A stretch of DNA of 64,000 nt from an uncultured Gammaproteobacteria bacterium (GCA_964348895.1 CAYGEH010000001.1:182610-246609); one strand, 5' to 3'; numbered from the stretch's first letter, positions 1 to 10,447 are shown. The notes: generated by a model not told the origin, from the letters alone. Translations and numbers: made by a program.

Positions 1-638
1 TAAACAAACTCGTGACAATAATCACCACCAATATAACCACTATCAGCCTCGACCATCAGGGTTGTGTCTAGTCCCAAGCGAATAAAAATTTTCCGATAAG
101 TTTCTTTCATTTTTTCATATTCTTTTTTAAACTCAGCTTCGTCGCGATCAAAGGAATAAGCATCCTTCATTATAAATTCTCTCACTCTTAGTAATCCCCC
201 TCGGGATCGTAATTCGTCACGAAACTTAGTAGAAAACTGATAAAGATTAAAGGGGAGGTCTCGATAAGAAAGGTTTAAGTTTCTGACTAAATTAACAAAC
301 ATTTCCTCTGCTGTTCCCCCTAGGGCAAACTCTGCCCCAGTTCGACTTTTAATAGTCATTAATTCAAAGGCGACAGCACTAGTGCGATTAGTTTCCTGCC
401 ACAGTTCAATTGGGTGAAGGGTTGGCGAAAGCATTTCTTGGGCTCCGATTTGATTCATTTCATCACGAATTAATTTCTCAATTTTTTGATGAACCATCCA
501 GCCTAGAGGAAGAAAATAGTAATAGCCAGCAGCGCTCTGTCTGATAAATCCGCCCCGATAAAGCAATTTGTGACTATTTAATTTAGCTCCTCGAGGGATA
601 GTTTTGGTGGTTTTGCCAAAAAGGCGAGAGTAATACAT
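1..638 (-). CDS. proS: Prolyl-tRNA synthetase, N-terminal ~212 aa (partial, runs off window start)
   Basis: Minus-strand translation from the ATG at 636-638 gives MYYSRLFGKTTKTIPRGAKLNSHKLLYRGGFIRQSAAGYYYFLPLGW...AFELMTIKSRTG..., a typical class II ProRS N-terminus. Not in the ORF track because it is truncated by the window edge. Confidence 0.8.
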   Translation of the reverse strand, partial: MYYSRLFGKTTKTIPRGAKLNSHKLLYRGGFIRQSAAGYYYFLPLGWMVHQKIEKLIRDEMNQIGAQEMLSPTLHPIELWQETNRTSAVAFELMTIKSRTGAEFALGGTAEEMFVNLVRNLNLSYRDLPFNLYQFSTKFRDELRSRGGLLRVREFIMKDAYSFDRDEAEFKKEYEKMKETYRKIFIRLGLDTTLMVEADSGYIGGDYCHEFV

Positions 639-691
639 TAAATTTTTATTGGGTTGGCTTTAAATTTAACAAAAAAGTTTTTTAGCTATTT

Positions 692-2371
692 TCAAACTTC
701 AATAATGGTCAAAAGCACCATGGGTCGACGACCAGTGGTTCGATAAAAAAATTTTTCCAAAGAATCTTGAATTAACACTTTTAAGTCACGAACGTTAGTT
801 TCTTTTTTAGTACCGCTGATAATTCTATTGATTTCTTTTTGGGCTAAAGATAAAATTTGCCGACCATCCTTAATTTGACCATAAACAAAGCCTCGACTTA
901 AAACTTCAGGTTCCTGAACCGGTTTTCTTGTATTTTTATCTAACATTACCACTGCTGAAACCACCCCCTCTCGAGACAAAATATCTCGATCTCTTAAAAC
1001 AACATTGCCAACGTCGCCAACACCTAAACCATCAACCATCACATCACGAGCCTGAAACTGACCAATAATTTTGGCCTGTCCTTGACTAAGACCAACAACA
1101 TCACCAGAGTTTGGCAATAAGATTTTATCTTCAGAATAGCCAATTTTCTGAGCCAGAAAAGAATATTGTTTCATTTGGCGAAATCCACCGCCAATTGGGA
1201 TCAAAAATTTTGGTTTGACTAAATTAATTAACAGCGACAAGTCACCACGAGCACCATGTCCAGAAACATGTAAATCTTCAGAAATATCAATATAAGAAAC
1301 CTCTGCCCCCTGACGCATTAACAAATCAATTAGGGCTTGAATTGATGATTCGTTGCCAGGAATATAGTCGGTCGAAAAAACAACAAAGTCGCCTGGTTTA
1401 ATTCTAATGTTTTGATGGGTTTGAGACGCAATTCTGTCTAATGAAGAACCGCTTTGAGCTTGAGAACCAGCAACTAAAAGAGTAATTTTATCGTCAGGAC
1501 AGCGATTAATTTTTTTAAGACTAACCTCTTCTTTTTCCGGTAAATTAAGATAGCCAAATTGACGACCAATTTTAATAATTTCAATAATTGAGCGACCAAC
1601 TAAGGCTATTTTTCGTCCGCGAGACAGAGAGGCGTCAATTGCTGTTTTTAGCCGACTAATATTAGAAGACATGGTGGTAACAATAAAGCGACCCTTTGCT
1701 CTATCAATTTCTCTTTCAAAAATTTCTATTAACTGTTGTTCTGATTCTGTATATCCCTCGCGTTCAGAGCGTAAACAATCAGAAAGCATTAAATCAACTC
1801 CTTCGCCAGAGGCCCAGACCATTTTTTCTACTTCAATTTTGGTTTTATCAATTGGCGTCCAATCAAATTTAAAGTCTGAGCCGTGATAAACGTTGCCATA
1901 AGGAGTTCTTAAATAAATATGAAATGCTTCGGGCACAGAGTGGGTAACCTGAATAAAACTAACCCTAAAATCACCCAAGCCCAGGTCTTGCTTGCTGTTA
2001 ATTGGCCGCAGGTCTGCTTTAACTTGGTTTTCTTTTAATTTCCTTTCCACAATAGCCAAGGCCAGAGGAGAAGAAAAAACTGGCACACCCGGAAAAAGCG
2101 GTAAAAGAAAGGGCAGAGCCCCAAAGTGATCCTCATGACCGTGAGAAAGAATAATTCCCCTAATTTTTTCTTTCTTATCCTTCAAGTAACTAACATCAGG
2201 GATAACCAAATCTACTCCCAACATTTCTTCGTCAGGAAAACCAATACCACAATCAACAATTAAAATGTCCTTAGGGGTTTCGTAAACGAACATGTTTTTC
2301 GTTACTAGACCAAATCCCCCTAAAGAAACAATTTTTAATTGATTTTGCTGATTATTTGCTAGATTGTTCAT
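692..2371 (-). CDS. rnj: Ribonuclease J (metallo-beta-lactamase / beta-CASP RNase)
   Basis: HGHEDHFGALPFL metallo-beta-lactamase motif, beta-CASP region and RNase J-type C-terminus; 559 aa. Confidence 0.85.
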   Translation of the reverse strand: MNNLANNQQNQLKIVSLGGFGLVTKNMFVYETPKDILIVDCGIGFPDEEMLGVDLVIPDVSYLKDKKEKIRGIILSHGHEDHFGALPFLLPLFPGVPVFSSPLALAIVERKLKENQVKADLRPINSKQDLGLGDFRVSFIQVTHSVPEAFHIYLRTPYGNVYHGSDFKFDWTPIDKTKIEVEKMVWASGEGVDLMLSDCLRSEREGYTESEQQLIEIFEREIDRAKGRFIVTTMSSNISRLKTAIDASLSRGRKIALVGRSIIEIIKIGRQFGYLNLPEKEEVSLKKINRCPDDKITLLVAGSQAQSGSSLDRIASQTHQNIRIKPGDFVVFSTDYIPGNESSIQALIDLLMRQGAEVSYIDISEDLHVSGHGARGDLSLLINLVKPKFLIPIGGGFRQMKQYSFLAQKIGYSEDKILLPNSGDVVGLSQGQAKIIGQFQARDVMVDGLGVGDVGNVVLRDRDILSREGVVSAVVMLDKNTRKPVQEPEVLSRGFVYGQIKDGRQILSLAQKEINRIISGTKKETNVRDLKVLIQDSLEKFFYRTTGRRPMVLLTIIEV

Positions 2372-2383
2372 TTGAAAAAATAT

Positions 2384-3037
2384 TTAAATTAATTTCATTT
2401 GTTTTTCTGTTTTATTTTGGTTTGATTTAGGGCTATCCTTTTGTTTGTTTTCTTGATTCTCAGTTAGTTTAAGTAAAAACTGGCCCAATTTTTTAAAGTC
2501 TTCTTCTTCAAGAACTCTTATTCTACCACTTCTTAAGGAAGCAGCTGGATGATACATTGGAAAAACAATTTTTTCTCTGCCTTTAAACTGAACAAAGCGT
2601 GGTTGACCATGAACTTGGGAAATTTGTGCTCCCGGCAAAAACTTTTCCAAGGAAAATCTTCCTAGTGTAACAATAACCCGGGGAGAAACTATTTCTATTT
2701 GACGATCTAAGAATGGCTGACAGGCAACCATTTCTTCTTCTAGTGGATCACGATTGTTTGGTGGACGATGCCTTAACATATTCGCAATAAAGACTTCTTT
2801 TCGGTTAAGAAAGGCTAATTCTAAAAAAAAATCCAGCAATTTGCCCGCTCGACCACAGAAGGGAACTCCCTGTTGATCCTCGTTAAACCCAGGCGCCTCA
2901 CCAACAAAAAAAACTAAAGCCTCTGGGTTGCCAGTGCCCGGAACTGGACTATTAGCTGTTTGATAAAGACGACACCTTTGGCAGCTAGCCACCAATTGAG
3001 ATATTTGATCTAGAGCTTCTTTTTTATCAATTACCAT
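2384..3037 (-). CDS. Uracil-DNA glycosylase, family 4
   Basis: GEAPGxxEDxxGxPFxGRAGKLL motif with a conserved Cys cluster (CQRCRL); overlaps the upstream Lon-like gene by 7 nt. Confidence 0.8.
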   Translation of the reverse strand: MVIDKKEALDQISQLVASCQRCRLYQTANSPVPGTGNPEALVFFVGEAPGFNEDQQGVPFCGRAGKLLDFFLELAFLNRKEVFIANMLRHRPPNNRDPLEEEMVACQPFLDRQIEIVSPRVIVTLGRFSLEKFLPGAQISQVHGQPRFVQFKGREKIVFPMYHPAASLRSGRIRVLEEEDFKKLGQFLLKLTENQENKQKDSPKSNQNKTEKQMKLI

Positions 3038-4074
3038 GACGGCAAATATTGATTAATGTTGTTCTCGTCCACAACAAACTTCTCTCCTTCTTGAGAAACA
3101 ATTTTCTTGGCTATTTGTCGACAAATACCATCAATGTTTCTTTTCAAGGTTCTAACCCCAGCGTCATACCCTAAGGGGCGAACAATTTTAGGCCAAAGAG
3201 AGTCTTCTATCACTATTTGGGTTTCCTTAAGACCAGCATCTCTTAGTGCCCGAGGCAAGAGATATTTTCGAGCGATAATAATTTTTTCTTGATCTGAGTA
3301 AGAGGGCATCGTGATTATTTCCAGTCGATCTAAAACTGCTTGAGAAATGTTTGTGGTGTTGTTGCAGGTTGCAATAAAAAAGCTTTCTGATAGGTTAAAC
3401 GGATAGTCAAGATAATAATCTAAAAATCGATCATTTTGTTCTGGGTCAAGCAGACCCAATAAAACCCCCATAATAGAATCCCGAGATTTTTCGCTAATTC
3501 TGTCAATTTCGTCTAATAGAATAATTGGATTTCTAACTTCAGCCCGTCTTAGTCCTTTAATAATTTGCCCAGGTTCAGCTTGAGGTAGAGATCTCGCTTG
3601 GCCTCGTAAATAAAAAGGTCTTTCAATCCCACCAAAGGGGATTCTAATCATTTTCCGCCCCATGCTCTCGGCGATTGAGGCAACCAAAGTAGTTTTGCCA
3701 GTTCCCACTAATCCCACTAAACATAAAATTGGTGCTCGAGCAACCTCTCCAGCCCTAGACTTTAACTCCATTACCGCCAAATACTCTAACACCCTTTCTT
3801 TAATATCAACCAACCCATGATGATAGCTGTCTAGAGTTTCTCTTGCTCTTGCCAAGTCTAATTGATCAACAGTTTTCTTTTCCCAAGGTAAATTAACAAC
3901 CCAATCAATGTAAGCGGCAATATTGTCATACTCTTCAGAAAAACCGCCGAAACGAAGAGAAACTCTTAGCCTTTCAATTGAAGAAAGAGTCTTTTCTTCT
4001 AAGTCTTTTGGTAGTTTGGCTTGAAGAACTTTTTCTTTAAGTTGATCAACCTCAACTAGGTGATTTTCATTCAT
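3031..4074 (-). CDS. Lon-like AAA+ ATPase module lacking both the N-terminal LON domain and the C-terminal S16 protease domain
   Basis: Aligns by eye to E. coli Lon from about residue 250 to 600: YIDWVVNLPW, Walker A LVGLVGTGKTTL, Walker B ILLDEIDRIS, sensor/arginine region DRLEIITMPSYSDQEK. It ends where the protease domain would begin. Confidence 0.75.
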   Translation of the reverse strand: MNENHLVEVDQLKEKVLQAKLPKDLEEKTLSSIERLRVSLRFGGFSEEYDNIAAYIDWVVNLPWEKKTVDQLDLARARETLDSYHHGLVDIKERVLEYLAVMELKSRAGEVARAPILCLVGLVGTGKTTLVASIAESMGRKMIRIPFGGIERPFYLRGQARSLPQAEPGQIIKGLRRAEVRNPIILLDEIDRISEKSRDSIMGVLLGLLDPEQNDRFLDYYLDYPFNLSESFFIATCNNTTNISQAVLDRLEIITMPSYSDQEKIIIARKYLLPRALRDAGLKETQIVIEDSLWPKIVRPLGYDAGVRTLKRNIDGICRQIAKKIVSQEGEKFVVDENNINQYLPSW

Positions 4075-4230
4075 CTTTTTAATCTTATCACAACCAAAAT
4101 TAACTAAAAATTAAGCTTAGTGTTTTTTTGTTTTTTTTAGACCCTACCCAAACCAAGCTTTTTTGTCTTTTAAATCAAAGACAAGGAAACTAAGAAAACA
4201 GCAAGACGACTTTTGTTGGAGAGTTAAAAT

Positions 4231-6447
4231 TTAATGTTTTCGAAAGTGGGAAAATCGGTCAAATTCAGTTTTTGATTTTCTGTCTCGCTGTCTTCGATTG
4301 CCAAAACTTCGATCCAAAGAAGGTTGAGGCTTGTCCTGACCAGATTGATTATTGGTAATTTTTCTGCCAGAAACATCTTCTTCCTCCATTACCATGGTTA
4401 AGTTAATTCTATCCCTTTCGTCAATTTTAATCACTTTAACTTTTACTTTGTCACCAAGAGAAACAATTTCCTTGGGATCTTTAACATAGTTTGTCGACAT
4501 ATTGGAAACATGAACTAATCCGTCTCGATTAGGCAAGATATTAACAAATACCCCAAACGGCTCAATTCGTTCAACAGTTCCCTCAAAGATTTCACCTGGC
4601 CTGACTTCTCTTACTAATCCCTCAATCCATTCAATTGCTCTTTTAACCGACTCTTTGTCTTGACCGATAACACTCACTCTGCCGTCGTCTTCAACATTAA
4701 CTTCACAACCAGTCTCTTGACTAATTTTCTTAATCACTCGACCGCTTGGGCCAATTACTTCCCCAATTTTTTCTTTATTAATTACGATCATTTCTACTTT
4801 GGGGGCCCATTTGGAAATTTCACCACGAGCCTGACCAATTGCCTCGTTCATTTTTACCAGAATTTCCTCTCTGGCTTTTTTGGCTGCCGACAAAGCCTCT
4901 TTGGTCATTTCTAGAGTCAAGCCTTGATTTTTAACATCAAGTTGAATCGCAGTAATTCCCTTAATGGTTCCAGCAACCTTAAAATCCATTTCGCCGTTAA
5001 AGTCCTCTATTCCAGCAATATCGGTTAAGAGTTGATATTCCTCTTTGTCGCCTTCTTTTTGAGACACAATTCCTATCGCAATGCCCGCAACCGCTTCTTT
5101 AATTGGCACTCCAGCATCCATTAAGGACAGAGATGAGGCGCAGGCAGAAGCCATTGAAGTAGATCCGTTAGATGACATTACTTCAGAGACCAGCAAAATT
5201 GTATAGGGGAATTCTTCCTCAGAAGGAATAACTGGCAATAAAGCTTTTTCGGCCAAGGCTCCATGCCCAATTTCTCTCCTCCCTGGTCCTCTCATAAAAC
5301 CAACCTCTCCCACCGTGAAAGGAGGCATAGAGTAATGATGAATATAGCGTTTTTCCTCTTCTCCTTCTGGGCTTTCAATCATTTGACCCAAAGATAGTGG
5401 CCCCAAGGTAGTAATGTTTAAAACATGGGTTTGTCCTCGCTTGAAAAAAGCACTCCCGTGAGTTCGGGGAAAAATTCCAACTTCAGCCTCAATCGACCTA
5501 ACTTCATCAACTCTGCGTCCATCAGGACGCTCACCCTTAAGTAGTCTTTTCTTTATTTCTTTTTTAAACAGCTTCTCTACCACCTTGTCGACTTCAGTTG
5601 AGTTACTGTCCTTGAAGTGTTCTCTGGTCGTTTTTTTGACTAAAGCAAGGCTCTCTAAAAGATCTCCTCCATTAGTAAAAATCGCCAGTAAATCTTTTTT
5701 AACAAACACTTCAATCTCTTTTTCTAGGTCTTTGTTTTCTTTAAGTTGCAAAGCTGTCTTTTCTCGACCAACAACCTTGCTCATTTGGTTAATAAAATCA
5801 ACCAATACTCCATTTGCTTTTAGGCCAAAATCAATCGCTTGTGCTATTACAACCTCCGAAACTTGATCAGCCTGACTTTCAATCATCACTGCTCGCTTGT
5901 CCGTACCAGCTACAACTAAATCTAAACCAGAGTTCTTCATTTGATCAGTGGTTGGATTCAAAATAAATTCTCCCTTTTCTCCTAAACCAACACTAACAAT
6001 TCCCAAGGGCCCAGCCCAAGGTGCTGGCGAAAAAGCTAGGGCGGCAAAAGAAGCAATTGCTCCAACTAAAACTGGATCGTTTTGGCCGTCAACTGACAAA
6101 ACTGTAATAACAATTTGAGTCTCGTTAAGATAACCCTCGGGAAAAAGTGGTCTAATTGAACGATCAATTAATCGACCCGCCAGAATCGCTTCATCCGATG
6201 GTCTTCCGTCTCGCTTAACCCATCGACTTCCTTTAATTCTGCCACCAGCATAAAGCTTTTCTAGGTAGTCAACCGTCAAGGGAAAATAGTCAAACTCTGG
6301 TTTAGCCTGACCAGTGACAATAGTAGCCAAAACACAGGTTTCTCCATAAGTGGCCAAAACAGCCATATCGGCCTGAGAGGCGAAACGGCCAACTTCAAAA
6401 CTTAAAGTTCGATCACCAAAATTAATTTCTTTCTTAACTATTTTCAT
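4231..6447 (-). CDS. pnp: Polynucleotide phosphorylase
   Basis: Two RNase PH domains plus KH and S1 domains; 738 aa; directly downstream of rpsO as in the canonical operon. Confidence 0.9.
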   Translation of the reverse strand: MKIVKKEINFGDRTLSFEVGRFASQADMAVLATYGETCVLATIVTGQAKPEFDYFPLTVDYLEKLYAGGRIKGSRWVKRDGRPSDEAILAGRLIDRSIRPLFPEGYLNETQIVITVLSVDGQNDPVLVGAIASFAALAFSPAPWAGPLGIVSVGLGEKGEFILNPTTDQMKNSGLDLVVAGTDKRAVMIESQADQVSEVVIAQAIDFGLKANGVLVDFINQMSKVVGREKTALQLKENKDLEKEIEVFVKKDLLAIFTNGGDLLESLALVKKTTREHFKDSNSTEVDKVVEKLFKKEIKKRLLKGERPDGRRVDEVRSIEAEVGIFPRTHGSAFFKRGQTHVLNITTLGPLSLGQMIESPEGEEEKRYIHHYSMPPFTVGEVGFMRGPGRREIGHGALAEKALLPVIPSEEEFPYTILLVSEVMSSNGSTSMASACASSLSLMDAGVPIKEAVAGIAIGIVSQKEGDKEEYQLLTDIAGIEDFNGEMDFKVAGTIKGITAIQLDVKNQGLTLEMTKEALSAAKKAREEILVKMNEAIGQARGEISKWAPKVEMIVINKEKIGEVIGPSGRVIKKISQETGCEVNVEDDGRVSVIGQDKESVKRAIEWIEGLVREVRPGEIFEGTVERIEPFGVFVNILPNRDGLVHVSNMSTNYVKDPKEIVSLGDKVKVKVIKIDERDRINLTMVMEEEDVSGRKITNNQSGQDKPQPSLDRSFGNRRQRDRKSKTEFDRFSHFRKH

Positions 6448-6517
6448 TTTAATTTAAAACAAGAAGTCTCCAAGCAAAGGTATCAGACGCGAGGCCTTTG
6501 TGAAGAAATTTCTTAAA

Positions 6518-6787
6518 TTATCTTTTTAGCTCCAATTTTTTAATTAGTTCTTGATAGCGTTTTTGATACCGACCGGCTAAATAATTTAATAAACGGCGTC
6601 TTTTAGAGACCATTGACAGCAGTCCTCGTCGAGAGTGAATGTCTTTTTTGTGACTTTTGAGATGTTCTGCTAACTTCTCAATTTTAGTTGTCAATAAAGC
6701 AACCTGAATTTCTGGAGACCCAGTATCCCCTTGTTCTGTGGCAAACTTTTTAATAATTTTTTCTTTTTCCTCTTTACGTAAAGACAT
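6518..6787 (-). CDS. rpsO: 30S ribosomal protein S15
   Basis: 89 aa; [15 protein letters not shown] motif. Confidence 0.9.
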   Translation of the reverse strand: MSLRKEEKEKIIKKFATEQGDTGSPEIQVALLTTKIEKLAEHLKSHKKDIHSRRGLLSMVSKRRRLLNYLAGRYQKRYQELIKKLELKR

Positions 6788-6990
6788 TTTTTCTTTTAAT
6801 TAATTATTTTTTTAAATTATACAATACACATGATACACGTTGTTTATTCTAACACTTTCGTCAGAAAAAAAACAAGAGGCATTTATTTAATCAAAACCCT
6901 TATTTTTGCTAGCAAGACTCATTCCCTAAAGAACCTGCTTTCTCTTGGTCTTTTAGATTTGGTAACAGAAAAAAAGTCTCATCTTAAGAA

Positions 6991-7818
6991 TTAATCCCCA
7001 GCGCTCCCCCGATAGATTTTTGGCCTAGCAAATTCTGTTGTTTTTTCTGGAGAAGTTTGCTCGGAAAAATTATTTTTTAACAGCTGTCCTCCGGCTCGTA
7101 AACAAAACGCCGCTGCTTCGAAAGTGTCTGGGCCAAGACCAGAAACAGAAAAGGAGTTAGTGGCCGCTTGAAGACCTAAAAGTAAATTACCTGCGGACTC
7201 TCCCTCGATTGGTAGGGATAGCCCTTCAATAAGCCCAGCAACTATTTCTGAGAAAGATGAAGCCTCAAGATCAATCAGCTTAATTTGCCCAAAAAACTCA
7301 CTCTCCCTATTAAGGTTAATATTAACTAAGCTAAGAGAATCTAATGTTTTTTTAACACCCAAAGATTTAATTGTCTGGTCTAGTTCTTTTTGAGAAGAAA
7401 AACCAAAAACAATCGCATTTTTAAGACTTCCACTACCTTTCTTAAAAGAAACCAAGCGATCGTTAATTGAGGGAGCTTCTGGTTTTGGCTCTATAATTAA
7501 ACTTACTCTTTCTTGTTCTCGATCGTCCCAGTTAATTTTTTCAATATTAGCCAAAGAATAATTGATGTTAATAATAAAACTTCTTCCTTCAAGTTGGTTG
7601 GTGATTTTCTCAACTCCAACCACCTGACTGAATTCGACTGTTAGGGGCCGAGAACATACCACTTGAGTTTTTTTCCCGCTTTTATTTAATGAAGCAGAGA
7701 GGGCGGTGGCGGCAGCAACTTGATCAAGGCGAGGCTTTTCTGGCAGCAAAATTTTAAGATCATCTGCTTGGCCCAACCAGGCGTTAAGATCGGAAAGGGG
7801 ATAGCTTTTTTTGTTCAT
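6991..7818 (-). CDS. Hypothetical protein, possibly a degenerate DHH-family (NrnA-like) protein lacking catalytic motifs
   Basis: Sits between infB and rpsO, where NrnA/DHH or rbfA/truB occur in other bacteria. The N-terminal LDQVAAATALSASLNKSGKKTQVV resembles the DHH motif-I region, but the Asp/His residues are absent. Confidence 0.35.
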   Translation of the reverse strand: MNKKSYPLSDLNAWLGQADDLKILLPEKPRLDQVAAATALSASLNKSGKKTQVVCSRPLTVEFSQVVGVEKITNQLEGRSFIININYSLANIEKINWDDREQERVSLIIEPKPEAPSINDRLVSFKKGSGSLKNAIVFGFSSQKELDQTIKSLGVKKTLDSLSLVNINLNRESEFFGQIKLIDLEASSFSEIVAGLIEGLSLPIEGESAGNLLLGLQAATNSFSVSGLGPDTFEAAAFCLRAGGQLLKNNFSEQTSPEKTTEFARPKIYRGSAGD

Positions 7819-7836
7819 TAATATAATGAATTATTT

Positions 7837-9270
7837 TTAAGACTGCCTGTATTTTATCACATCGCCAATAGAAAAATCAACCGCAGGAAAAAACATTGCC
7901 CCAAACTCTCGACCCTTTTCCACTCGACTAACTTTTTCTTTTCCTCGCTGAAGAGAAACTATTTTTGTTTTTTTCTCTGTTTTGTCTTGCTTAACAATAA
8001 AAACTTCCGTTTGGTCTTTTATTTCCCCAGAAAGAACCTTGGCTCCAGCAATTCTTCCTTCAGGAAGAGAGAAATTAGCCACTATTTCTGCTTCACCAAA
8101 AATACTCTTTTCTTCTTCGATATTTTTTAGGGCTTTTATTCTCTCTTCAATATGTTGAAGTAACTGATAAATTATTAGTTCCGTTTTAATAAAAATTCCC
8201 TCTATTTTTGCTAGTTTTATTGCTGAAGAAGAGGGTTGAACATTAAAACCAATTATTTCAGCCTGACTTAAAGAAGCTAAAAAAACATCAGACTCGTTTA
8301 TCTGCCCAACGCCAGTTTCAATAATTACCAGGTCTTCTTTTGGTAAAGAATTAAGTAGGGCCTCTAGTGTCCCTTGGGTGTCGGCTTTCACTATTAGTTT
8401 CATTAAAGCCTTTCTTTGTTCGTTGGTTTTTTTATCTTCTTGGTCTTTGCTGTGAGGTTGCTTAACTTCAAGACTAGAATCATAAACTATACTGCCAGCC
8501 GAGGGTTGACTGGTAAAGCCTAAAATTGCCACTGGCTGACTAATCAAGGCTTCTTTGATCGATCTACCTAAGTCGTCAAAAATAGCCTTAACCTTAACCT
8601 TTTCTCCTTCAGAAGCAATTTCCTGACCAACCAAAAGCTTGCCCTGTCTAACAATCACATTTACCAGGGTTCCTTTTTGACGATCAACATAAGACTCAAC
8701 CACCACTCCCTTAAATGGTGCCTCTGGAAGAAAAGCAAGTTCTTCCATTTGAGCTAAAAGAACAATCATTTCCAGTAACTCATCAATTCCTTGCCCAGTC
8801 TTAGCTGAAACTGAAACAAGAACCGTTTCACCGCCTCGATCTTCCGTTACCACCCCAAATTGAGTCAACTTATTTTTAATTTCTTCTTCATTGGCGTTAG
8901 GTAAGTCAATTTTATTTAAAGCAATTAAAAAGGGCACTCCAGCTTTTTTAATGTGATCTAAGCATTCTTGAGTTTGGGGTTTAATTCCTTCATCAGCGGC
9001 AATCACCAAAACCACTAAGTCTGTGGCCATAGCTCCCCGTCCTCTCATTTTTTCAAAAACTTTGTGACCAGGGGTATCAACAAAAGTAATTTTTTGCTTA
9101 CCAATAACAACCTGATAAGCGCTAATGTGCTGGGTAATGCCACCCGCTTCTCCTTTTTGAAGATGGCTTTGCCGGATTCGATCAAGAAGTGAGGTTTTGC
9201 CGTGATCAATATGCCCCATTAAGGCAACAACGGGAGGACGAATGGGGTCTTGAGTTTGATTGGTCTTCAT
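7837..9270 (-). CDS. infB: Translation initiation factor IF-2 (short form)
   Basis: G-domain GHIDHGKTSLLD, DTPGH, NKIDL; 477 aa lacking a long N-terminal extension. Confidence 0.9.
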   Translation of the reverse strand: MKTNQTQDPIRPPVVALMGHIDHGKTSLLDRIRQSHLQKGEAGGITQHISAYQVVIGKQKITFVDTPGHKVFEKMRGRGAMATDLVVLVIAADEGIKPQTQECLDHIKKAGVPFLIALNKIDLPNANEEEIKNKLTQFGVVTEDRGGETVLVSVSAKTGQGIDELLEMIVLLAQMEELAFLPEAPFKGVVVESYVDRQKGTLVNVIVRQGKLLVGQEIASEGEKVKVKAIFDDLGRSIKEALISQPVAILGFTSQPSAGSIVYDSSLEVKQPHSKDQEDKKTNEQRKALMKLIVKADTQGTLEALLNSLPKEDLVIIETGVGQINESDVFLASLSQAEIIGFNVQPSSSAIKLAKIEGIFIKTELIIYQLLQHIEERIKALKNIEEEKSIFGEAEIVANFSLPEGRIAGAKVLSGEIKDQTEVFIVKQDKTEKKTKIVSLQRGKEKVSRVEKGREFGAMFFPAVDFSIGDVIKYRQS

Positions 9271-9341
9271 TTTTATAATTTCTATTTAAAAGTTTGACAA
9301 AATTAATCTGGCTGATTAAAGAAATCCTTTTGTTAATCATT

Positions 9342-10424
9342 TCAGTCAGACTGTTTTGATTCGACTCTTAACTTTTCCTTCGCTCCTTCTTTGCTGTCTT
9401 TTGGGGTTTGTTTCTTCTTGCTAGTTTTCTTGCCCGCTTCGTTTGCAAAAGAATTAATATCAATCTCAAATTCAGTCAGTTGACTGGCTAGTCGAACATT
9501 TTGCCCCTCCTTTCCAATAGCCAAAGATAATTGGCTTTCTGGAGCATTAACTTCAGCTGTCTTCTTAGTCTGATCAATTTTAATGACTAATTCCTCGGCT
9601 GGTAATAGAGCAGAAGCAATTAGCTTTTCAGGATCGTCAGTAAACTGAATTACATCTACTTTTTCGCCTCCCAGAGCCCTAATCACTTCCGCCACCCGAA
9701 CCCCTTTTTGACCAACACAGGCCCCCACTGGATCAACCCCTCTTCGATTAGAATAAACGGCTAATTTTGTTCTAACTCCAGCCTGACGAGCAATTGCTCT
9801 AATCTCCACTGTGTTGTTATTAATTTCGGGAACTTCTCGCCTAAACAGAGCTTTCACCAAATCAGGACTGGTTCGAGACAAGATAATTTGTCGACCCTGA
9901 TCTTCTGTTTCGGCAATTTCTTTAATTAGAAAACTAAATTTGTTGCCAATCGAATAATCTTCGCCACGAATCTGATCAGAAAAAGGTAGGACTCCATAGG
10001 TCCTACCGATATCAACCGAGATTCTTCGACCATCTTGTCTGATTACTGTTCCCATTACGACCGAACCACCCTTATCTTGATAATCGTCAATTATGGCTGA
10101 CTTTTCTGCCTCACGTACTTTCTGTAAAACCACTTGTCTGGCGGTTTGGGTGGCAATTCGGCCAAATCCTGGCGGAGTCACTTCTAGTGCTTGATCGGGC
10201 TTTTCTTCGGGCCAACCATAAATCTCAACCTCCCCAGTACGATTGTTTAAATCAACTCGATATTGCCAGTTCTCTCTAAGGTTTCCCGCCTCTTGGGCGT
10301 CACGAATATAAGCAGCTTTAATTGCTTCTTTAATACTAGACAAAACTACTTCAGGATTAATTCCTCTTTCGCGAGCCAGCTCGGCGACAGCGGCGGAAAA
10401 TTCAGTTCTGGTTAGTTGAGGCAT
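9342..10424 (-). CDS. nusA: Transcription termination/antitermination factor NusA
   Basis: N-terminal domain, S1 and KH domains, acidic/basic C-terminal tail; located upstream of infB. Confidence 0.85.
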   Translation of the reverse strand: MPQLTRTEFSAAVAELARERGINPEVVLSSIKEAIKAAYIRDAQEAGNLRENWQYRVDLNNRTGEVEIYGWPEEKPDQALEVTPPGFGRIATQTARQVVLQKVREAEKSAIIDDYQDKGGSVVMGTVIRQDGRRISVDIGRTYGVLPFSDQIRGEDYSIGNKFSFLIKEIAETEDQGRQIILSRTSPDLVKALFRREVPEINNNTVEIRAIARQAGVRTKLAVYSNRRGVDPVGACVGQKGVRVAEVIRALGGEKVDVIQFTDDPEKLIASALLPAEELVIKIDQTKKTAEVNAPESQLSLAIGKEGQNVRLASQLTEFEIDINSFANEAGKKTSKKKQTPKDSKEGAKEKLRVESKQSD

Positions 10425-10447
10425 TTTTTTGAATTAAATTTAATTTT

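Noticed and set aside
1671-1886. Short antisense ORFs inside rnj, pnp (4660..4914, 5585..5866), lon-like (3107..3292), dnaK (13598..13801), dnaJ-like (14200..14493), ftsH (55352..55642, 56318..56521) and others
   Set aside because: Embedded opposite or out-of-frame in confidently identified conserved genes; no support.
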